From: Lama guanicoe | Taxonomy: Eukaryota | DNA length: 64,000 nucleotides | Direction: 5' to 3' | NCBI GenBank assembly: GCA_013239625.1 | Contig: MU053629.1 | Span: 2,011,567 to 2,075,566 of the forward strand | Part shown: piece by piece, positions 38,689 through 51,630 of the stretch | Position numbering within the stretch: position 1 is the stretch's first letter | Layout of the letters: every line of letters begins with the position of its first letter | Made by a program: the position numbers and the translations under genes | Notes under the pieces: model-generated | What the model was told of the DNA's origin: nothing | What the model saw: the letters and a program-made list of their open reading frames with translations, nothing else | Database searches by the model: none

Positions 38689-38818
38689 GGACTGAGAATT
38701 CTGGAAAGGTGGACATCTCTACCAAGGACCTTCTTCCTCATCAAGAATTACGATTTAAATCTGGTCTGGAGAAGGCTATCAAGCATAAAGACAAATTGTT
38801 AGAGTTTGACAGGACTAG
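38689..38818 (+). CDS. TRIP4: TRIP4 exon 6
   Basis: tttcag|...|gtatga; 130 nt; TENSGKVDISTKDLLPHQELRFKSGLEKAIKHKDKLLEFDRT. Confidence 0.96.
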
Positions 38819-39445
38819 GTATGATGTGATTAGAATAAAAAATGCTAAGAAAAAGACTAGTCCGTTATTTTGGCACTTGATCTTTTTAGGGTGGACTATG
38901 GAAGCGTTTACAGCAAAAGAAGAGCTGAAGGCTCTATCTAGGGGTTATACATCTTGTTTTTGAATCCATGTTTGAATAAGTTAGGCTCCCACCAAAAGGA
39001 TCTTACCTTGCAACATTTTTGATTCTTAGCAAATGCTAGTATACCCCCTGGAAAGTTGATCTGAGTTGACAGATTCCCTGCTTGTTTCATTTACAGCCAT
39101 TCATTCATTCAGTCAGCACATGTTAAAATGCCTACCATGTACAAATGTTGTGCCAGGCCCTGGAGATTCCCTAAGAAATTGCCTTTGGGAGAGTGTAGGT
39201 AACACCATATCATGGGAAGGCGTGATTTACCCTCCCTTTTCCCTTTGACACTAAATTTGTCTTCTTTTTCAATAATGTCCCTAAATTTTAAGTTTTACAC
39301 ACCTACACTTTGGTCATTTAGCCCACTAACTTCTCTTTAGGAGGCAAGTTGATGGATTTGTTAGTTCTATTTTTAATTTCTCTTTCATTTTTTTTTCTCC
39401 GTTTGGACAATATATGTATTGAGATCTAGTTGGTGGTAAAGAATA

Positions 39446-39567
39446 TTTTTTGTTTTTGTTTTGGGGGGAGGTAATTAAGTTTATTTACTTACTTATTTAT
39501 TTTAATGGAGGTACTGGGGATTGAACCTAGGACCCTGTGCTTTACCACTGAGCTGTACCCTCCCCCC
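39446..39567 (-). mobile_element. tRNA-derived SINE (internal deletion)
   Basis: Tail plus head lacking the anticodon arm; flanks aaagaatattt / aaagaatcttt. Confidence 0.88.
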
Positions 39568-39594
39568 TAAAAGAATCTTTAAATAGGGTTTATT

Positions 39595-39735
39595 GGGGGA
39601 GGGTATAGTTCAAGTGATGGAGCACATGCTTAGCATGCATGAGGTTCTGGGTTCAATTCCCAGTACCTCCTCTAAAAATAAGTCTAATTACCTCCCCTAG
39701 CCCCCCACTCAGCAAATTAATTTTAAAAAATTTTA
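39595..39735 (+). mobile_element. tRNA-Ala-derived SINE
   Basis: ggggagggtatagttcaagtg...cttagcatgca...ggttcaattcccagtacctcc. Confidence 0.9.
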
Positions 39736-40937
39736 AAATAGGACTTATATTCTCACTTCTCAGACACAATCTCTTCTTTAATGGTAACTAAGTATGTCTG
39801 TTTCTAGCCTTATAATCCTTTGGTTACACACACCTAATATAGATCATTTGCATGGGATATAACTTTGAAAGCTATTCCTTGAGTAAGCCCATCACAAGGT
39901 TTGTAACTAATATTTGCTCTTAAACTTTTAAGTATCACTTTTAGCCCTTCTCGGTGAAACTTACTAGAATAGAGTACATTTTTTGTTAAAGAGAAACTGG
40001 AAAAGGATCTCTCCCTATTGATTTTGCCTTTATGCTTGTGTGTTCAGGGACACCAGTTTCATTATTTAGGTTCACCTATAGTATAGGACCACTCTCAGTC
40101 TACTTTAAAACTTCCGTAATTCTAGCTGAGCCCTGGAAAATTGCTAAATGATTCTGATTTCAGTATTTCCCAATACCTGTATGTATCATTAATTTCTAGT
40201 GAGGCAGTTGAGACTGGATTTGTAACTTTGGAGTAGTCAGTTGACTTCTTTGAGCCCCTATCTGTAGAATGAGAGAGTTGGATCATCAGGATTCCTTCTA
40301 GTTCTTAGTTTCTTTGTCAGTGTAATTTTAGAAATAGGCCTAATTGTTATAATCTTGGAACATGCCCCTTGTATATTGAGGGAAGGGCTGAAGATAGGGT
40401 TGGGGTGGGGATGGCGGAGGTGGTTGAAAAATGACATATAGAAGTAGTAAAATAATAAGATAACTGAAGAATAAGTTACAGGACTGAGGGTCCAGGATAG
40501 AGCTCCAATTTCTAAGGAAAAAGGGCAGCAATTGGGTCTAGCAAGAATAGACTAGGTCCCAATTGTGCAGGGACTAGGATGTTGAGTAAGCTACCAAGAT
40601 GCGAACTCAGATGCAGCAAAATCAGACAGAATTCCAGCTATAAGGTGAGGGTTGGACTAGTAAGAAAAGTAGGACAATAAATTATGGTGCTATGTCTTTT
40701 CCTGCCCAGGGTAAGATTAGTTCTAGAAGCTGATTCCCTGCAGTGGGGATAAGGTATATGCAGAAGGTGGGAACCAGGCAGAGCTTGACCTATTTTTGGA
40801 ACATTCTTGGTCATCTATATTCGAGATGATAACTTTCAGGATAGCAGAAGAGTGAGCTGCTTTGAAACAGCTTCCTAGTAATCAAGTCCCTGTTTGTCAT
40901 CAATGTAATTACCATATGTTCTTTTATTTTTCTTCAG

Positions 40938-41153
40938 CATTCGAAGGACCCAAGTCATTGATGATGAATCAGATTACTTTGCCAGTGATTCTAACCAGTG
41001 GTTGTCCAAAATTGAGCGGGAAGCCCTACAGAAGCGAGAGGAGGAGCTGAGAGAATTCCGACATGCCTCTCGGCTCTCTAAGAAGATCACCATTGACTTT
41101 GCAGGCAGGAAGATCGTGGAGGATGAAAATCCACTAGCTGAGTATCACAGCAA
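40938..41153 (+). CDS. TRIP4: TRIP4 exon 7
   Basis: tcttcag|...|gtaagt; 216 nt; IRRTQVIDDESDYFASDSNQWLSKIEREALQKREEELREFRHASRLSKKITIDFAGRKIVEDENPLAEYHS. Confidence 0.97.
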
Positions 41154-41419
41154 GTAAGTGGGCAACACCAGAAGGGGTCTGAAAAACGGGGGCAGTCTGA
41201 CTGTAAAAGATTTCCCCCCTTTAATGGGTCTGCTGTTTCTGTTAATTTTTGAAGTAATACATTTATTTGGAATAGAAACGTGTAAGAGTAGCTAAGAAAA
41301 TTTTGAAAATGAACCATGAGGGCACCTTATTCTCCTATATAACTACTGTAGTTTTGTAAAAAGCTGTATGTATGTGTGTATCTATGTATTGTAAAAAAAA
41401 CCCAAAAAACCTTTTTAAA

Positions 41420-42130
41420 ACAATGAGGTACAGTTTGGGCACAGGAATAGATCGATGAAATGTAATAGAATTCAGAAAGAGACCTGTGTGTCTGCATTGT
41501 GTGTGTATGTGTGCATGAGTGTGTGTCTATAGCTTTGTAAATACAGAGATGTTTAAATTTAGTACATTTAGTAATTTGTAATTAGTTACAAAGGAAAAGA
41601 TTAAATAAACGATGGGCCACCAGCTTAGAAACAATCTATGTTAGATCTCTACCTCAAACCATACTGCGATAATAAGTCTGAATAAAGCATTAAATGCAAA
41701 AGAAATAAAAGGATCAGAAAGAAATAGAATAGTAGAAATTTAGGAGAATAGAGTTACTGTCTTGGTATGGTAAAGCTCTTTGTAAGCAAAGTATAAAATC
41801 CAGAAGTCGAAGAGACATAAGATATTTTAAATAAAGTAAAAAAGTACAAGACTGCAAGAAAACATTTTAAACAGTTTTAACAGTTAAAAAGAGCAATATC
41901 CATACTATATAAAGACCTGCAAATTAACAAGACAAATCCAGTTGAAAAATGGAAAGAGGCTAAGAACAGATAATTTACAAGTGAGGAAATTCAGATGGCC
42001 AGTAAGCATTTGAAAAGATGCTCAGTTAGCTATTAGGGAAGTGCAAATTTTAAAATATAATGTATCATTAAATTGGCTGAATATTAAAATATGTAACATT
42101 GCATCATCTGTGAGTGTAGGAAAATGGATA
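41420..42130 (+). mobile_element. Highly decayed LINE-1 ORF2 fragment
   Basis: A-rich; cagatggccagtaagcatttgaaaagatgctca, agggaagtgcaaatt. Confidence 0.6.
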
Positions 42131-42139
42131 TGCCCTCTT

Positions 42140-42211
42140 AGTACTGGGGATTGAACCCAGGACCTCATGCATGCTAAGCGTGCACTCTACCACTGAGCTA
42201 TAGCCTCCACC
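42140..42211 (-). mobile_element. tRNA-Ala-derived SINE head (no tail)
   Basis: agtactggggattgaacccaggacctcatgcatgctaagcgtgcactctaccactgagctata. Confidence 0.88.
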
Positions 42212-42384
42212 TGCTTCTGTTTCATTTTGCTGTGAACCTAAAGCTGCTCTAAAAAGTAAAATTTATTGAAAAAAATTTACTTCATGGCCAATTTCAAGTT
42301 AACAACATGAAGTTACTGAATGTAGAGTTGAGAAAAGTTACACATGTTGGTTTCAGCACAGCACAGAAAAGAAAGCCCACGGAG

Positions 42385-42528
42385 GGGGATGTAAAATATA
42401 GCCCAAGTGGTAGAGTGCATGCTTAGCATGCACAAGGTCCTGGATTCAATCCCCAGCATCTCCTCTAAACATAAATAAGTAAATAAAACCTAATTACCTA
42501 CCCCCCTCCAAAAAAAAAAAAAAAAAAA
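42385..42528 (+). mobile_element. tRNA-Ala-derived SINE with poly(A) tail
   Basis: Full structure; flanks aaagcccacggag (42372-42384) / aaagctcatggag (42526-42538). Confidence 0.92.
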
Positions 42529-44458
42529 GCTCATGGAGCTCACTCCCTGTTTTGGAAATGGCATACATCTCTCTGTCTCTTTATGTTTCTTTCTCTCTTA
42601 CACACACATACAGAGAAAACTGGATATTAGTGAACACAGTAGTGCTTTCTTCCCACAAGGCTCAGTCCTTGGCCTTCTCTTTTATACCTGGCAAATCCAT
42701 CATAGAATTTTCCTAAACAAAGGTTATTCTCTCCCTGAAAGAAATTCTACCACTAACTTCAGAATAATTATTTATTCTTACCTAATACGGATATGATAGA
42801 CAGATACAAAGAACAAAACAAACTTATATCTGGGTGACAGGTTCAGGAATTTTTCATTTTCTTTCTATTAATTTGCATTTTCTAGTTTTTCCATAGTCAT
42901 GAATTGCTTTTATGACAAAATCATTTTTATGTACAATAAGATATAGTGAAGCCTTTTAGAAGTGAAATTGGGCAGTATCTCAAAATTTAAATTCTGCATA
43001 CTTTTGACTTATGAGCTATACACTAAATATCAAGATGCTAGTTTCTTTGTCTCTCAACAATTAAAAAAATAAATTTGCCATTCTGACACATGAAAAATGG
43101 TATTTCATCATAATTTTTATTCACATTCTTTTGCTTTGGTTGTATGCTGTTAAGTCTAAACATTCTAAAAATGTATTGATTAGCAATTTGTATAATTTCT
43201 TTTATAGATTCTAGAGGTGTGGATATACTTGGCACTGTACTATGTTACAAATCTGTTTCTCCTTTAGATCCCATTATCCCCATCCTATTTTAGATTTACC
43301 TCTTCCCTCAAATTCTTGAACTTTTTTTTTTTTTCCTCTAACCTTCATGCTTTACCTTTTTTCTTCTGCTTTTCCCTTGCTTTGGAAATCCTTCCTCTAA
43401 TCTTTGCTTTTTAAATATCTACCTCCCCTTTGAACCTACTTGATACAACACATAGGATGATGAGATAACAGCCACCAGATGGATTGTGCCTGTCTGATAG
43501 TAATAATTACACCCTCCCATATGTTGTTTGTCATCTTTATAGATGTCTTAAACTGCTACTTAGATTCAGAGCTTCCTGAAGGCAGGAATCCTGCCCTCTA
43601 CCCCTTTTAAGTTGCCTTGCACCTTAAAGGTTCCTAACAAATATCTCTTTAATTGTATTCAAGGTCACGGTCAGTCTTTTCTACCAGTAAAAGCTTTTCA
43701 TTATGTTCTGCCTCAGAATTATCATTGTCCACAAATGGTTGTCAAGCATCTGGCAGGGACATGGAGTGCAGCAGCGAGTAATGTAGATCTGTAGCATAGA
43801 ATAAGGTATGGTTCCTGCAGAACTTAAAATCTCTTACTAACCAGCAAGATTAGTTCCATAATCTTTAAATGAAAAAATCACATTTTTTATAGGATTAGAG
43901 CCAGATCTTCATAGCAAACACTGTAGACACAGGATAACATGGTAGAGTTGATGACTGTTTAAATAGTAGGTGCAACAGGACTTCAAAGAAAGAAGTGAGT
44001 ACTTTTGTGCTGGGTCAGTAGAAGGCCACCTCAGAAGTTCTGGGACTTGAAGCAAGGATACAATTCAGATCAGCATGGAAGAGTAGAGAGGGACTCCTTA
44101 GAGGTTGAAAGAATAATTGAAGATATTGAGAAATAGGCTGCCGTAGAATACTCTTTTGTGAGTCAGGCTGTTTCTAGGCAACTTTTCTAATCTCGGCATT
44201 ACCAGTAATCTTGTTAAACAGATAAGTGGTTGTAATGTGCCCTACCTATTTTCTTAGTGTTCAGGAGCTTTTTACTGACTCATACTCCTTAGGGTTCTTG
44301 GGAAGAGAAGGGGAGGTTGGTATGGGGAATGAGGAAAATCATCCCCTCTTTGAATTTCAAACTTTATTACTGTTGACAAGTTTTATGTTTGTGCTAAGTA
44401 AGGCTATTCTGAGCATGGAACATTACCAATTATTGCATCCTTTGGTTTGTTATCACAG

Positions 44459-44582
44459 ACTAGATGAGGCAATACAGGCTATTGCCAGTGGAACCTTGAA
44501 CCAGCCACTGACCAAATTGGATAGATCTGAAGAGCCTTTGGGACTTCTGGTGAATCCCAACCTGTACCAGTCACCTCCCCAG
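44459..44582 (+). CDS. TRIP4: TRIP4 exon 8
   Basis: tcacag|...|gttggt; 124 nt; LDEAIQAIASGTLNQPLTKLDRSEEPLGLLVNPNLYQSPPQ; cumulative 1167 nt stays in frame. Confidence 0.94.
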
Positions 44583-45346
44583 GTTGGTGGACCTTTGCTC
44601 TAACTGATGATGAAAGAAGTTTGGACCCAGATAATTTGCCTTTCAGGTCTGACTGTCTCGTAAGCGTTAGATACCAATCTGCTCTTTCAATACACCTACC
44701 GACTTTACTCTCTGGCCCAGTTTTTTTTGCAGCACTTCTGACAAGTTGTCTTTTGAGCATTTCTCAAGAGAAGGTTTTGTTAAGTACTGTAGAGGTTTAA
44801 GCAATAATCCCATGGTCCTTTTGTTAATGTTCTTTCTCTATCTTTCATAGAATGTGGGTAGTCCCATAGAGTGGTTTTTTAAACTAATACATTAATTCAG
44901 TTATTCAGTGTTATTCATTTTTCAAGTACATTGAGCATCTACTGTGTACAATCACAGTAGTAAGTCATCAACCAGACACTCTTCTGTCCTTAAAGAAGTC
45001 ATAGACTAGTAGAGGAAAAGATTACATAAGCAGCTCTGATATTAATAGAGATATAAATAAAAGTACAGTGGAAACACAGAGGAGGGAAAGACTACTTGAG
45101 TTGAGAGGTGTAAAAGAGGCCTTTATAGGGAAGATGACATTCATTAAAAGTAAATTTACAAGAGAATGGTGTTTGAGGTTGGTGGGAAAAGAAAACATTC
45201 CAGTCAAAATTAACTGCAGGATACCTCCCCAACCGCACAACCCACCCCCAAAAAAGTATGCAGAATTAACTGTAGGAATATGATGTGGCAGATACACACA
45301 CATTTTTTTACACACGTACATACATGTACACATATATACATACATA

Positions 45347-45580
45347 CAGTTGAACAATGCAGGGAAGAATTAGGAGCACTGGCCATCTGTACAGTAGAAA
45401 ATCCATGTCTATCTTATGATTATGTCTGCCCTCCATAAAGTGGTTCCACATCCAAAGTAGGTTCCACATCTGCAGATTCAACCAACTGCAGATCATATTT
45501 TTCGGTAGTATTTACTATTGAAAAAAAATTCGTAAGTGGACCCATGCAGTTCAAACCCATGTTTTTCAAGGGTGAGCTAT
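45347..45580. mobile_element. TcMar-Tigger non-autonomous DNA transposon (Tigger2/MER8-type)
   Basis: Ends cagttgaacaatgc... and ...aagtggacccatgcagttcaaacccatgtttttcaagggt; internal gattcaaccaac. Confidence 0.7.
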
Positions 45581-46199
45581 ATATGGAATAGTGAATTTAG
45601 GCTACCAAGGTAGTACTCATAAAAGGATTATATCGCAAGGAATAGATTAGGGATAGGTAGGTAGTCAGATCACTGAAGAGTTAAATGTTTAGCTAAGACG
45701 TTTTCACATTTTTATTTTGCAAATAAATGTGGGTCATAAAATGTTCTTAAGCAGAGAGATGCAGTCAGAGCACTGCTTTAGACAGTTTCACTGGGGATAC
45801 TCATTCAGCACTGTCTACGTGCCAGGTTCTTTACTAGATGCTGGGAGGTTAAAAGGCAAAAGCCCAGCTCCTGTTTTTAAGGACTTCAGATTTAGTGGGA
45901 AGATGAGTTTGAATACAGAAAATTTCAATTCCTCAAGATAATTGCTATGATAGACACATGTCATAGACACAGTTGGAGTTGAGGAGAGAGATCGTAAACC
46001 CACCAGAGTAGTCACAAAAGATAATGATGTTTGAGAAGAGACTAAAGAGATGAATAGGAATTTCCAAGCAGACAAGTCTAGGGAGAGAATTCTCCGTAGA
46101 TGGTATAACATGTACAAAGGCTCTGCAGCTTGAGAGCATTGTAGGTTTGGAGAACCACAAGTAATTAAGTATCGTTAGAAATTGAACTGGGCTAGTAAG

Positions 46200-46624
46200 T
46201 GTATTAGTTTCCTAGGGCAGCCATAACAAACTGCCACAACTGATTGGCTTAAAACAACAGAAATTTATTTTCTCACAATTCTCAACACTGAAATCAAGGT
46301 GTTGGCAGGGCCATGCTCACTCCAAATGTTCTATGGGAGAATGTGTCCTTGTCTGTTTGAGGTTCTGGTGGTTCTAGGCATCCCTTGGTTTACAGCTGCA
46401 TCACTCTACTCTCTGCCTCTGTCTTTACGTGGCCATCTTCCCTGTGTGTCTCTGTCTCTGTGTATTCTCTTATAAGGCTATTAGTCATTGGATTTGGGGT
46501 CCACTCTAATCCAGTATGGCTTTATCTTAACTTGACTGCACCTGCAAAGATGCTGTTTCCAAATTCACTGTCACAGATTCTGGGAGTACATAAATTTGGG
46601 AGGGATGCTACTCAACCCAGTATA
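46200..46624 (-). mobile_element. MaLR MLT1-type solo LTR inserted in an L2 remnant
   Basis: tgtattagtttcctagggcagccataacaaa...ggcttaaaacaacagaaatttattttctcac; 5-bp flanks gtaag/gtagg. Confidence 0.85.
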
Positions 46625-47589
46625 GTAGGTAACATCATGAAAGCCCTTATGTTTCATGCTGATGAGTTTGGTTTTATCCTAAAGTGAGCAAGAAAGAGTC
46701 CTTGAAGAATTTCAGCAGAAGACTGACATGACTTCCATGCCTATGTAGAGGATGGATTGGAGGGAAGAGGAAAGCAGAGGCAAGGAAATAGCTAGGAAGA
46801 TTATTGCAGTAGTGCAGTGGGGGACAGATGAGGACCCAAATTAGTGTTGCAGCTAGCAGTGAAGTAGAGAGATACTTAGAGGCTGTAAATGGAGGTGAGA
46901 CCAGTTAGCTGGCTGCAAATGGTATTATTGAAAGATAATAAGATTAATTTAGGAAAGTAGATGTGGAGTAGGGAAACAGGTAATACAAACAAGAACTGTG
47001 ATCGAGGTAGAACAGAGAATTAGGATCTCGGGATCGTTCAAATATCAACTTTTTTATAAAATCACTCACTTCCCCTGTAATGGATCAGTTCTTCTGTGTT
47101 CCCACTTAAGGACTTAAATCTCCGTGTAGTATTTACTCAGTTCTGCCTTACGTTTTGGATAGTTATTTATGTGCCGTCTACTAGGATTGTAAGTTCCTTG
47201 AAAGCAAGAACTGTATCCTTTTTTATATAAGTCTCCTTGCTTTATATGCTTTTCACTTAGTAAATGTTTGGTTTTTCTTTTTAAGATATGACACAGCTGA
47301 TAACAGTCATAAAGTTTTATTGCAGAAAGATTTTTAGAGATTCACTTAGTCCAACTCCATAATTTTACAGTTGAGGAAACTGAAACATTTAGGAGTGAAA
47401 TGATTGTTTAGTCTCTAGACTGACATTCTAGCATTTTTGTTTTCCCTATAAATTATTAAATAAAAAATAAAAATAAATTAATATAATTGAGTCCAAACTT
47501 CTTCATCCCAATAGAGCCCCTCCCTCCTTTTTTTGAAAATGAATTTCAGAGCACTTAGTCTTCTTGTTCTGGAAGAAGTGTTAACCTTT

Positions 47590-47711
47590 CCCCCCCCCCC
47601 TTTTGTGGGGAGGTAGTTAGGTTTATTTATTTTTTAATAGAGGTACTGGGGATTGAAACCAGGACTCTGTGCATGCTCGGCAGGCACGCTACCACTAAGC
47701 TATACCCTCCT
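47590..47711 (-). mobile_element. tRNA-derived SINE with TSD
   Basis: TSD agaagtgttaaccttt (47574-47589) / agaaatgttaaccttt (47712-47727). Confidence 0.92.
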
Positions 47712-48364
47712 AGAAATGTTAACCTTTGTCATTCTCTGACTGAGTTACTGCCAGGATTCTTTAGCCTTCTGTAATTACCTGTACTCTGTAATTGTATATT
47801 CACTTTACATGATGGGAGTAGTGCTCCATCCTCTCTTTTCAGGGACAGTTGTTCATTTCAGGATAAGAGGAATACTTCATGCATCTAATAGTCAGAACTG
47901 CTGGCCCCTGAAAGCATCTGTTTGGCTTTATCATGGTAACAGCATGCGACCCTGCCCCTGCGAAGATTGTGTGGACCAAAATGTTGAACCTTCTTTTCAC
48001 TAATAGGATTATATTGGGAAATTGTGCAAAATCTTGTATGAATCATTAATAAGTTTAAAGTGGAAATAATTAAAGACCAAGTATTTGGTCTGATAGTTGT
48101 GCTGTTGCTAGAATTAGGAAGCTATGTATGGAGAATTCAACATTATCTAATTGTCCTTTAAGAAAAGTCCTTTTTATCATACGTGAGATTCCTCCTGAAT
48201 TTATACCTTCTCCACCTTGTTTCAGACAAAGATGAAATACATTTTTCTAAGAGAATATTCCCAGTATGATTTGTTCATTATTAGCCTTCATCTCATTTTG
48301 TATACCTACCCCAAGTTCTTCCCTTGTCAGACAAAATTATATGTTTGATTTCTTTCCTGTATAG

Positions 48365-48552
48365 TGGATAGATCAGACAGGCGCAGCCTCACAGAAGGCA
48401 GCTTTCCATTCAGCAGGATCGGGGCTAGAATTGAACTCGTGTCGGCAGCAGTTTCGAATTCAGGACCAAGAATTTCAGGAAGGCTTTGATGGTGGCTGGT
48501 GCCTCTCTCTACATCAACCTTGGGCTTCTCTGCTTGTCAGAGGGATTAAAAG
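48365..48552 (+). CDS. TRIP4: TRIP4 exon 9 (start of ASCH domain)
   Basis: cctgtatag|...|gtaagg; 188 nt; WIDQTGAASQK...QDQEFQEGFDGGWCLSLHQPWASLLVRGIK. Confidence 0.96.
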
Positions 48553-49364
48553 GTAAGGACAGAAATGAATCTTGGTGGTAGAAGATTTTGCATAAACTTG
48601 ATTTAGAATTATGGATTGGAATTCATTTTCCCCAATCTAGGGATGATTTATAATACTCTTTGGCACACAGAACTTTAAGCAATATATTCATGTTACGGAC
48701 TTGTTTTTCACTGGCTAGCTTAAAAAAAAAAACAGGTTAGAAAGACTACGGATCCTAGTCATAATAAAGAATAGAATATTAGTGTTTTCACGTTTTGAAG
48801 GAAGTCTACTGAGAATGTCTCTTGGCTTTGGCTTTGCCTTTGTAATACAGCACTCAGCAACCTTAATGGTTTGAACCTATTGGAAATGGAAAGTTTTTAT
48901 GCTTACTTATTTTTATTTAAGACACCAGCCTAACTTGTTTTGTTTTTCTTTCTATACATCTATTTGAGTAACCATACTGAGGAACTATTTTACCACAAAT
49001 TCCTTTTCTATAAAAAGTGGAGGAAGTAGTGAGGGTTAAGTAGAGGTATTATAAACTTACGCTACTGTACCTATTAGTGATGGTAATAGCTTACTATTCT
49101 ATGGTTTCACATGTTTATTCTCAATTCAACTTTTTTAAATGTTTTTTTCTTAACTTTTATAAATGTGAATAGAAAACTGATACAGAAAAGTAGCTAGAAA
49201 AAGAAAGATCACCTGTAATTCCACCACCTAGAAACAGCACTGTTAGCATTGTGGAGGTTTGTTTATATTGTTTTTCCTGTGCAAATTGTTGCATAGTGAG
49301 GTCATTATATATTTATATTATGTTTTTCTTCTTTCGTTTATCGTTACATGTTCCTTTTTCCTGG

Positions 49365-49955
49365 TTTTTTGAGATGCAGATGACATAATGACATTGTTTT
49401 AAAGGTGTACAACATAATGATTTCATATATATATGCATATTGCAAAATGATTACAACAGTAAGTTTAGTTAACATCTATCACCTTGCATAGTTACAATTT
49501 TTTTTGTTTCTTATGATGAGAACTTTTAAGATTACTCCTTTAGCAACTCAACTATACAATACAGTATTGTTAACTGTAGTCACCATGCTGTATATTATAT
49601 CCCTAGGATTTATTTATCTTACAACTAGAAGTTTATACCTCTTGGACCACCTTCACTCATTTCCCTCTGGCAACCACCAATCTGTTCTCTGTATCTATGA
49701 GATTGGTTATTTCAGATTCCACATATAAGTAAGATCGTAAAGTATCTTTCTCTGTATGACTTTTTTCACTTAGCATAATACCCTCAAGGTTTATCCATTT
49801 TGTTGCAAATAACAGGATTTCATTTTCTTTTTTTTATGGCTGAATAATATTCTTCATCCATTTTCTTCACACTCATCAATGGACATTTAGGTTGTTTCCA
49901 TGTTTTGGCTATTAAAAACAATGCTGCCATGAATGTGGGGGGTGTACATATCTCT
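49365..49955 (-). mobile_element. LINE-1 3' fragment
   Basis: Antisense L1 3' UTR phrases (ctctggcaaccaccaatctgttctctgtatctatgag, tggctgaataatattc). Confidence 0.85.
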
Positions 49956-51505
49956 TTTTTCCTTCTTTTTTTATCTATCAGAATTTTATATCCTTGGCAG
50001 TGTCCTAACTCAAATCAGTAATAATGCCTTATATTTAAATACAGTCTTGCAATTTTCAAAGCAGTACCTCTATTTAAGTAGATCAGGCCAGTATTATTAC
50101 AATCCTGAACACCTAGGCAGGCAGAGGTAAAGTAGCTTGCGCTGAATTGCAAAGCTAGTTCGTGGCAGAGATGAAACTAGAATTCAGGTTTTCAGAGTGC
50201 TTTTTTTCACCCTTACTGTGTAAGCCTCTGTCATTTCTCTATTTTCCTGAAAGAAGATTTATTATCAGAATTTAGGAACAATCATTTCTGCTTGATGTTT
50301 TCATGATTAGTTGTGATTTGCATCCTTCATTAAGGTGCATTACCGTTTTTCTCCCCTCTTGAAGGTCAGACCTTCTTGCTTTGACTCCTAATTGTTTCAT
50401 AATCCATGATTTAGTGCCATTACTCAGATCTCTGCAGTTGAGGTGTCTTCCGTTTCCAAAGTAGAAAAGCAGCTTGCTTACTGCTGTGGGAATCAGAATG
50501 TTTACATTTCTCATCCTATTTTGAATCTGTTTTTCATATTTTCTCACTGAAAAGAACAGGATGAGCAGTATCCAGCCCACAATCACTAGTGCCACAGAAA
50601 TGAAGTGGGTGGTTCTGCTGCATTTGTGAGACCGTTTACCCAATAACCTTTCGGATCATTTGGTGTAGAGGGAAAAATAATATTGATTCATTCCTCATTT
50701 ATTGACTACCTGGCACTGTTCCAATTCATCTATATTGGAAAACTAAGGATATGAGAAATTCCCTGTTTCCCATTATAAGACTAGTATAATAAGGGTATAT
50801 TATCAAGATATGTTATTTCATTTTATGGGAACTAAATGAAAAACATCTTTTTATAATCCTTGGAGAGTAGGGAGTAATTAAATTCTCTTGAAGTGCATTT
50901 TGTTATTCCACTTAAAGATTCTTTCAAAGTAGTTAACAGGTCATTTAATTATCTTCAAAGAACTTGTATAAAACACTTAAGAAAATATAAATGAATGTGG
51001 TTACAATTTAGAGTAAAGATGATAGGCATTTTTATTTACATAAATTCTATTAAATAGTAATTATAAAAATACTATTCGTGGGGACTTATGTGTGGGTGAG
51101 GATTTTTCTATCATGTTGAAGAACAACTAATTAATAAATCTTTCATGACTTAAAGGCAAGGATTTCCATTTTTGTGGGACAAGTTGGATGCCTTGAAAAT
51201 AGGTTTGGATTGTCAAGTTCCCAAGGCTAGTGAAAGCTCCAAATCTGAGTTACAGAGATCAGGTTAAAAAACAGGAGCTGAGAAAGATGGATTGTCTTTG
51301 TTCAGATGATAGAAAAAAACTAGAGAACAGTATTCATACTTAAGTGAAAGGTATTATAGGAGAAATGTTTTTCACAAAAAATACCCCTCTTGGTGAGGTA
51401 TCATCTATAGATCTCTTGATTCAACTGGATAATTTGTTGTATGTTATCAGATCCTCCAAGACACTAGAATTTAGATTCTTTCTGCTGAATTTGTATTTGT
51501 TGAAG

Positions 51506-51630
51506 GGTGGAGGGCAGAAGCTGGTACACCCCTCACAGAGGACGACTTTGGATAGCAGCCACAGCCAAAAGACCCTCCCCTCAGGAAGTCTCAGAACTCC
51601 AGACTACATACCGTTTTCTTCGTGGGAAAG
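51506..51630 (+). CDS. TRIP4: TRIP4 exon 10 (ASCH domain)
   Basis: gttgaag|...|gtaaca; 125 nt; VEGRSWYTPHRGRLWIAATAKRPSPQEVSELQTTYRFLRGK; with exon 9 forms the ASCH GxKxxExR motif (GIKRVEGR). Confidence 0.97.

Noticed and set aside
535..47711. tRNA-Ala(AGC)-like sequences as genuine tRNA genes
   Set aside because: Copies are mutually diverged, share a non-tRNA tail and mostly carry TSDs, so they are SINEs.
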